Shown: in pieces, positions 59,981-64,000 of the stretch
How the letters are laid out: every line of letters starts with the position of its first letter
Position numbering within the stretch: the first letter of the stretch is position 1
Origin: an uncultured virus (IMG/VR IMGVR_UViG_3300037418_002719)
Taxonomy: Duplodnaviria > Heunggongvirae > Uroviricota > Caudoviricetes
Reading direction: 5' to 3' (one strand)
Virus record (IMG/VR): IMGVR_UViG_3300037418_002719
DNA length: 64,000 nt
Translations under genes and position numbers: made by a program
The notes under the pieces: generated by a model
The model's input: the letters and a program-made list of their open reading frames with translations, nothing else
Database searches by the model: none
Told to the model about the DNA's origin: nothing

Positions 59981-60390
59981 AATCGCCGCCACTCTGCCGA
60001 GCGGTGCAGGCCTGCGATGTGGTTTCCGAGCGCATCGAGGTCGCGCTGGCGGGTTCCAATCTCGACGAGAAGCTCGATGTCCTCGTAAGGGAGGTCGGCG
60101 ACGTCGTCGGCGGTGATCGAGGGCTCCTTGACCATCGTCGTGACTAGCAGTGAGAAGAACTCAGCCTGCTCGGCGAGAAGCTCCCGCGTGATCGTCTCCT
60201 TCTGAATCGCGCCGATTGCAGCATCGAGGAGATTGTTGGGGATCGACCCGTTCTTCACCATCTGGGGAAGGTTGGGGATCGTGATTGTGACCTCGGTACC
60301 GCTGGGAAGCGTTACCTCGTGAACGCCGGCCTTCTTCCAGGCCGATGCGTCTCTAGGCTTCGTTACTACCGTCGTGTCGCTGCTGCTCAT
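59956..60390 (-). CDS. Tail assembly chaperone (gpG-like)
   Basis: Between the major tail and tape measure genes; VTLPSG motif; SD AGGAGG. Confidence 0.8.
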   Translation of the reverse strand: MSSSDTTVVTKPRDASAWKKAGVHEVTLPSGTEVTITIPNLPQMVKNGSIPNNLLDAAIGAIQKETITRELLAEQAEFFSLLVTTMVKEPSITADDVADLPYEDIELLVEIGTRQRDLDALGNHIAGLHRSAEWRRFRGLDYGD

Positions 60391-60517
60391 CCTGTGCCTC
60401 CTGGGCTGTGGTTTCTGAGTCCCGCATTCTCGCGAGTGACTGGACTAGCAAGCGGGACTCCCGCTGTACTCGCTTCGCCTGCGCTAGAGCTAGCTCAAGC
60501 CGTGCGTTGTTGTCCAT
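60353..60517 (-). CDS. 54-aa hypothetical protein (leaderless, below the ORF-track cut-off)
   Basis: MDNNARLELALAQAKRVQRESRLLVQSLARM...; TATTCT 8 nt upstream. Confidence 0.45.
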   Translation of the reverse strand: MDNNARLELALAQAKRVQRESRLLVQSLARMRDSETTAQEAQDEQQRHDGSNEA

Positions 60518-60547
60518 GTATTAGAAGAATACACAAATCAGCGGCAT

Positions 60548-60579
60548 AAAATGAAGAAGGCCGCGCAGTGGCGGCCTTC
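60548..60579 (-). terminator. Terminator after the major tail gene
   Basis: GAAGGCCGC/GCGGCCTTC stem followed by TTCATTTT. Confidence 0.75.
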
Positions 60580-60609
60580 AGGTCCATGGCGGTAGCGAAG
60601 CGCCTAGGT

Positions 60610-61581
60610 TTAGTAGCTCGCTGTCTGGTTCTTCAAGGTCGCCGTGAGCAGGTCCGTGACGCCGGTTGCCTTCTGGGCGACGGCGCGAACCGAGGAAACG
60701 ATCGGCCCGCCGGCCGGGTCTGGCTCAGCCGGGAACTCCTCGTAGGCGATCGACGGCAAGTCGAAGGCGATCTCATTGTTGGCGTCGAGGGTGAACGTGA
60801 AATTCGCCGCAGTGGTGAAGATGTTCGGCGAGATAGCGGTTCCCGTAGCGCCGCCGTAGTAGAACTTGTTGTACTCGGTGAGATCCTCGAAGAGCAGATC
60901 GAACGAGAGGCTGATCTCGCGCTGACCGGCGGTGATGTCGTAGGGGACGACGTCGTCGGTCTGCTGGCGCTCAAGGTTGTTCTCAACGGTGAGGCTGAAC
61001 GAACGAATCAGACGAGTCGATGCCCCGCCGAGCGTGATCGCAGCGTTGTTGAAGTTGAACGGCACGTCCGAGTCAAGCGTCAGAGAGCCGAGCGGGTCGA
61101 CAGTGAGACGCGTCGGAATCAAGCCCTGAACACCGACGGTGGCGGAGAGCGGCTGGCCGGCCTCGGCTGCGATCGTGATCGAACCGGCCTGGCAATCCTG
61201 GAAGCGCTCGAAGAGCGCGCCAGCGCCACCAATGTTGCGCCACAGGGTCAGCCACGGCAGCGTCTGCCCCGGCTTGATCGTGTGCGTGTAGTTCGGTGTT
61301 GAGCCAGTCGATACTGTGTTGCCGAGAACCCCTGTCAGCCAGAAGCCGAGCGACTCAGGGCGCACGTAAAGCTCGGGCGAGCCCTCGACGCCAGACGTTG
61401 TGATGTATGCGGCGGCCTGGTCGCGAGACGAGTCAGTCTCGGAGAGTCGGTCTGTTGCCAGAACAGGCGCAATGTTGCCGCCCGAGAATGCGTTGGCGAA
61501 GAGCGGCGCTGCTGCTACAGAGCCCTTGGCTGTCTGCTTTGCTCCCGCGATCCAAGCGGACTTACCGGAAAATCCTGCCAT
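60610..61581 (-). CDS. Major tail (tube) protein
   Basis: 323 aa; AKQTAKG, YTHTI, FSLTVENNL motifs; position; own terminator. Confidence 0.85.
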   Translation of the reverse strand: MAGFSGKSAWIAGAKQTAKGSVAAAPLFANAFSGGNIAPVLATDRLSETDSSRDQAAAYITTSGVEGSPELYVRPESLGFWLTGVLGNTVSTGSTPNYTHTIKPGQTLPWLTLWRNIGGAGALFERFQDCQAGSITIAAEAGQPLSATVGVQGLIPTRLTVDPLGSLTLDSDVPFNFNNAAITLGGASTRLIRSFSLTVENNLERQQTDDVVPYDITAGQREISLSFDLLFEDLTEYNKFYYGGATGTAISPNIFTTAANFTFTLDANNEIAFDLPSIAYEEFPAEPDPAGGPIVSSVRAVAQKATGVTDLLTATLKNQTASY

Positions 61582-61587
61582 CGGTGA

Positions 61588-61833
61588 TTACTCCTTCCAG
61601 TCGTCCACTACTGGGGACTCAGGTTCGGTGGGCGTGACTGGCTCGACAACTACTTCGACGGCCGGTGCGTCGTCTACGACGACGAACAAGTCAGGGTACG
61701 AGGCCTTGATTGTTTCGATGACTACGCGGTCGTCGGTCGTGTACGGAGAGTTATTCACCGAGAAGGACACGGTACCAATGGACACGTTGATGTCGCCGTT
61801 GGGTGCGCTGGCAGCCTTTGAGATCTTCGCCAT
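61588..61833 (-). CDS. Small hypothetical virion-region protein
   Basis: ORF between the tail terminator and major tail genes. Confidence 0.6.
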   Translation of the reverse strand: MAKISKAASAPNGDINVSIGTVSFSVNNSPYTTDDRVVIETIKASYPDLFVVVDDAPAVEVVVEPVTPTEPESPVVDDWKE

Positions 61834-61871
61834 GACCTCAAAAGATACCCCACGGCTCGCCAAAAACCCTA

Positions 61872-62324
61872 CTACGCGGTCGTTTCGATCAATGCAGAGT
61901 TGTTTCCCCGCGACTGAACAGTCATCTCAAATCGAGACTTGTTGCCCGTGGCGTCGGTTGTGTACCTGGTCATGACGACGTCGAAGTACCAAACGCCAGC
62001 ATCACCGGTGATGCGCGCCGAGGCTAGCGCACGCCGCAGGCGCTCAGCCTTGTTGGCGATGATCCGTGGATCGACCTGTTGCTGTGGGTCGATGTCGGCC
62101 TTATAGGGGTCGAAGAACTGGATCGTACATTGGCCAACAAGCTCGATTCCGCGCGTCTCCTCAACCTCTGGGTAGATACCCACGTAGGTACGCCCGTCGG
62201 TGCCGAGCGAGGCATGCAGACGATCATGACGGATGATCAAGTACTGGATGTCGCTGAATTCGGTTTGAATGACCACCTCAAGCGCGTTGGCGAGAAGCGT
62301 GTACGGGTCAGTCACTACAGTCAT
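61872..62324 (-). CDS. Tail terminator (putative)
   Basis: Size and synteny. Confidence 0.6.
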   Translation of the reverse strand: MTVVTDPYTLLANALEVVIQTEFSDIQYLIIRHDRLHASLGTDGRTYVGIYPEVEETRGIELVGQCTIQFFDPYKADIDPQQQVDPRIIANKAERLRRALASARITGDAGVWYFDVVMTRYTTDATGNKSRFEMTVQSRGNNSALIETTA

Positions 62325-62827
62325 CCTGGAAACTCTTCCTTAGCGATTTGCATCATTCTGTGTCGCGCTACTTGGTCGTACGAGGGGCGAAGGAACGGCT
62401 GCGCACGCGTGCCTGGGTGGAATACCCAAGCGCCGCTCTCGTCCCAGTTCTCATACAGTCGACCGCTACCTACGGGACCGAAATGCGGATTGTTCCAGAC
62501 GAACTCGCCGCCCTTCCAGAAGAAGTGCAATCGTCCCTTGATGATGTGCGGGCTGGTTCCGAGTTCAACATATAGCGCATGTTGAGAGATAGAGTACCAG
62601 TAACCGCGAGTTCCCTCAGACGTGCTGCGCATTGAACGCCTCAGCGGAATGTCCCCCTTCTTGCGACCGCTGGCCTTACCGACGGGTGCCAAGGCGCGCG
62701 CTGCCTCCTCGCCCTCCTTGACAGTCCTCGCCACGGTGGCGACGGCGGCCTCGTCACAGCGCGCGGCGAATCGACCAAAGTTGTCGCGCGCCATAACGAC
62801 GCGGGACTTGGCCTTGATCTCAGCCAC
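62321..62827 (-). CDS. HK97 gp10-like neck/tail completion protein
   Basis: APV...LRRS, YVELGTSPH, HPGTRAQPFLRP motifs. Confidence 0.85.
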   Translation of the reverse strand: MAEIKAKSRVVMARDNFGRFAARCDEAAVATVARTVKEGEEAARALAPVGKASGRKKGDIPLRRSMRSTSEGTRGYWYSISQHALYVELGTSPHIIKGRLHFFWKGGEFVWNNPHFGPVGSGRLYENWDESGAWVFHPGTRAQPFLRPSYDQVARHRMMQIAKEEFPG

Positions 62828-63486
62828 TACAATCGAGGGACGATGTAGTTCTGAAGAATGGCCTGCGCGCGCAAAGGAATTGCCTCTTCAATGTCGGCGG
62901 CGGCCCTGGTTCGGGAATAGTTCTCGATTGATTCCTGTGTGTACGGACGGGTTGTCTCAGCCAATGCGTCGGCGATGATGATTGTGGCGCGCTTTACATC
63001 GTCGGGGATCTCAGGCCAGCCCCACGTTGCGGTGACGTTGACGATGTTAGGCTTCTGTGGCAACTTCCAGTACAAGGTGTCCAGGTTGTACGTGAAGCCC
63101 ATCTCCGGAGAACCCACCCCGTAGGCGTTTGGTGCAAGCTGAAGCCAGCGCTTGACAGGGCTGTTGAGTGGATACGCAGACCACTCATTCACACTGAGCG
63201 TGGTCGCTGTGATCGTGTCGCCTGTCCAGCCGGACTGAACCGAAACATCCATCACGGTCTGACATTCGTCGATGTCAAGGAAGCCGCTCCCGTCGTATTC
63301 GTACTGACGCACGTCTGAGAACGGCACCTCCTCGCTGACATTGAACTCTAGACCAGTAAAATTCCTCACCATCGATGACGCAGACGCCACAGCAAGCGTG
63401 AACTTGTCATCGTCCGGAGTCTCCACAGTCGGCGGCAGACCAAGGGCCATCTTGAAGGTGGCGAGATCAATCAGCGGCGTAGCCAT
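62827..63486 (-). CDS. Head-to-tail adaptor
   Basis: L..FK..LG, YEYDGSG, VTATWGWPEIPDDVKRA, ESIENYS. Confidence 0.8.
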   Translation of the reverse strand: MATPLIDLATFKMALGLPPTVETPDDDKFTLAVASASSMVRNFTGLEFNVSEEVPFSDVRQYEYDGSGFLDIDECQTVMDVSVQSGWTGDTITATTLSVNEWSAYPLNSPVKRWLQLAPNAYGVGSPEMGFTYNLDTLYWKLPQKPNIVNVTATWGWPEIPDDVKRATIIIADALAETTRPYTQESIENYSRTRAAADIEEAIPLRAQAILQNYIVPRL

Positions 63487-63515
63487 ACTCTAAGGGTACT
63501 CGCGGCCTAGACACG

Positions 63516-63540
63516 AAAAGGGCCGCTCGGAAGCGGCCCT
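63516..63540 (-). terminator. Terminator after the capsid operon
   Basis: AGGGCCGCT-TCCG-AGCGGCCC followed by TTTT. Confidence 0.75.
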
Positions 63541-63565
63541 CATGAGTTTCGATTCGCTCCGTGAC

Positions 63566-63904
63566 CTAGGAGAGGTCCGGAACGTGCTCCTCGCCGGAGT
63601 CCGAGCCGACAGCGCGGACGTGCTCGGAATCACTGCCCTCGCCGGCCTCCGAGGAAACCGGGAGCGGAGCGGCCGTCGTGCCAAACTTGGCCTCGACGAC
63701 TCCGGTGGCGAGCGCCTCGCCCAGCGGGACTGTGATGCGGTCGCGCTTGGCGTCGGCGTCCTCAGGGATCTGAACTGCCAGCGACGAGTTCGGATCGAGG
63801 ATCACCTCATCGGCACGGAACACGGTCTCGTGGACGTGGAGGTCTCCTCCGCCCTGAGCCTCGCGAACCTCGCGGACTACTGTGTATCGGTCTTCAGTTG
63901 CCAT
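63566..63904 (-). CDS. Hypothetical capsid-region protein
   Basis: SD AAGGAG; directly after the capsid gene. Confidence 0.7.
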   Translation of the reverse strand: MATEDRYTVVREVREAQGGGDLHVHETVFRADEVILDPNSSLAVQIPEDADAKRDRITVPLGEALATGVVEAKFGTTAAPLPVSSEAGEGSDSEHVRAVGSDSGEEHVPDLS

Positions 63905-63922
63905 TGTTGATACTCCTTAGGC

Positions 63923-64000
63923 TTAGCCGTTGGCGAGTCCGACGCCGCCGATGACGTTGAAGGCCACCGGTGCGCGCGCGGCGGTGAAGCCGACTCGCTG
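63923..64000 (-). CDS. 3' end of the HK97-fold major capsid protein (partial)
   Basis: QRVGFTAARAPVAFNVIGGVGLANG*, a typical capsid C-terminus, in the expected position. Confidence 0.7.
   Translation of the reverse strand, partial: QRVGFTAARAPVAFNVIGGVGLANG

Larger units (their letters stand above)
1..64000. mobile_element. Tailed dsDNA bacteriophage genome segment (siphovirus-like, probable actinobacterial host)
   Basis: Contains terminase, capsid 3' end, neck and tail genes, tape measure, lysis cassette, a phage replication module and dense small overlapping ORFs. No host housekeeping operons. Confidence 0.97.

Noticed and set aside
1..64000. CRISPR array, tRNA genes, reverse transcriptase/DGR/retron, integrase
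   Set aside because: No regularly spaced repeats, no cloverleaf with a T-loop, and no RT or recombinase catalytic motifs were seen by eye. tRNAscan or ARAGORN would be needed to exclude tRNAs fully.

Overview
The whole window is part of a high-GC, long-tailed (siphovirus-type) dsDNA bacteriophage genome. The host is most likely an actinobacterium (inferred from GC content, sigma-A-like promoters with leaderless starts, and the lysis genes; Thermoleophilia is a tentative guess). Positions 1-43.4 kb are a + strand arm of tightly overlapping genes. It holds many small hypotheticals, an Rnl2-like RNA ligase, a metallophosphoesterase, an HD/SpoT-like hydrolase, nicotinamidase PncA, a NadR-like P-loop protein and two MazG-like proteins. 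It also holds the replication genes (SNF2 helicase, SSB-like protein, AEP primase, an intein-containing RecA-fold helicase, dNMP kinase, family A DNA polymerase, RuvC), the small and large terminase, nicotinate phosphoribosyltransferase PncB and a GGQ release-factor-like protein. Positions 43.4-64 kb are a convergent - strand arm. In transcription order it encodes the 3' end of the major capsid gene, neck and tail genes, a tail chaperone with a probable +1 frameshift, the tape measure protein, two minor tail proteins, the lysis cassette (M15 peptidase, GH24 lysozyme, holin), RtcB and a Pol-beta nucleotidyltransferase. I saw no tRNA, CRISPR array, integrase or reverse transcriptase. The most interesting signals are: (1) a possible deamidating NAD salvage route (PncA+PncB, plus a NadR-like protein); (2) a dispersed RNA-repair and ribosome-rescue set that includes a stand-alone copy of the TyrRS C-terminal S4 domain; (3) a class 3 intein that begins with Asp; (4) two structured non-coding elements sharing motifs. 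All functional calls come from motifs recognised by eye; no database searches were run.
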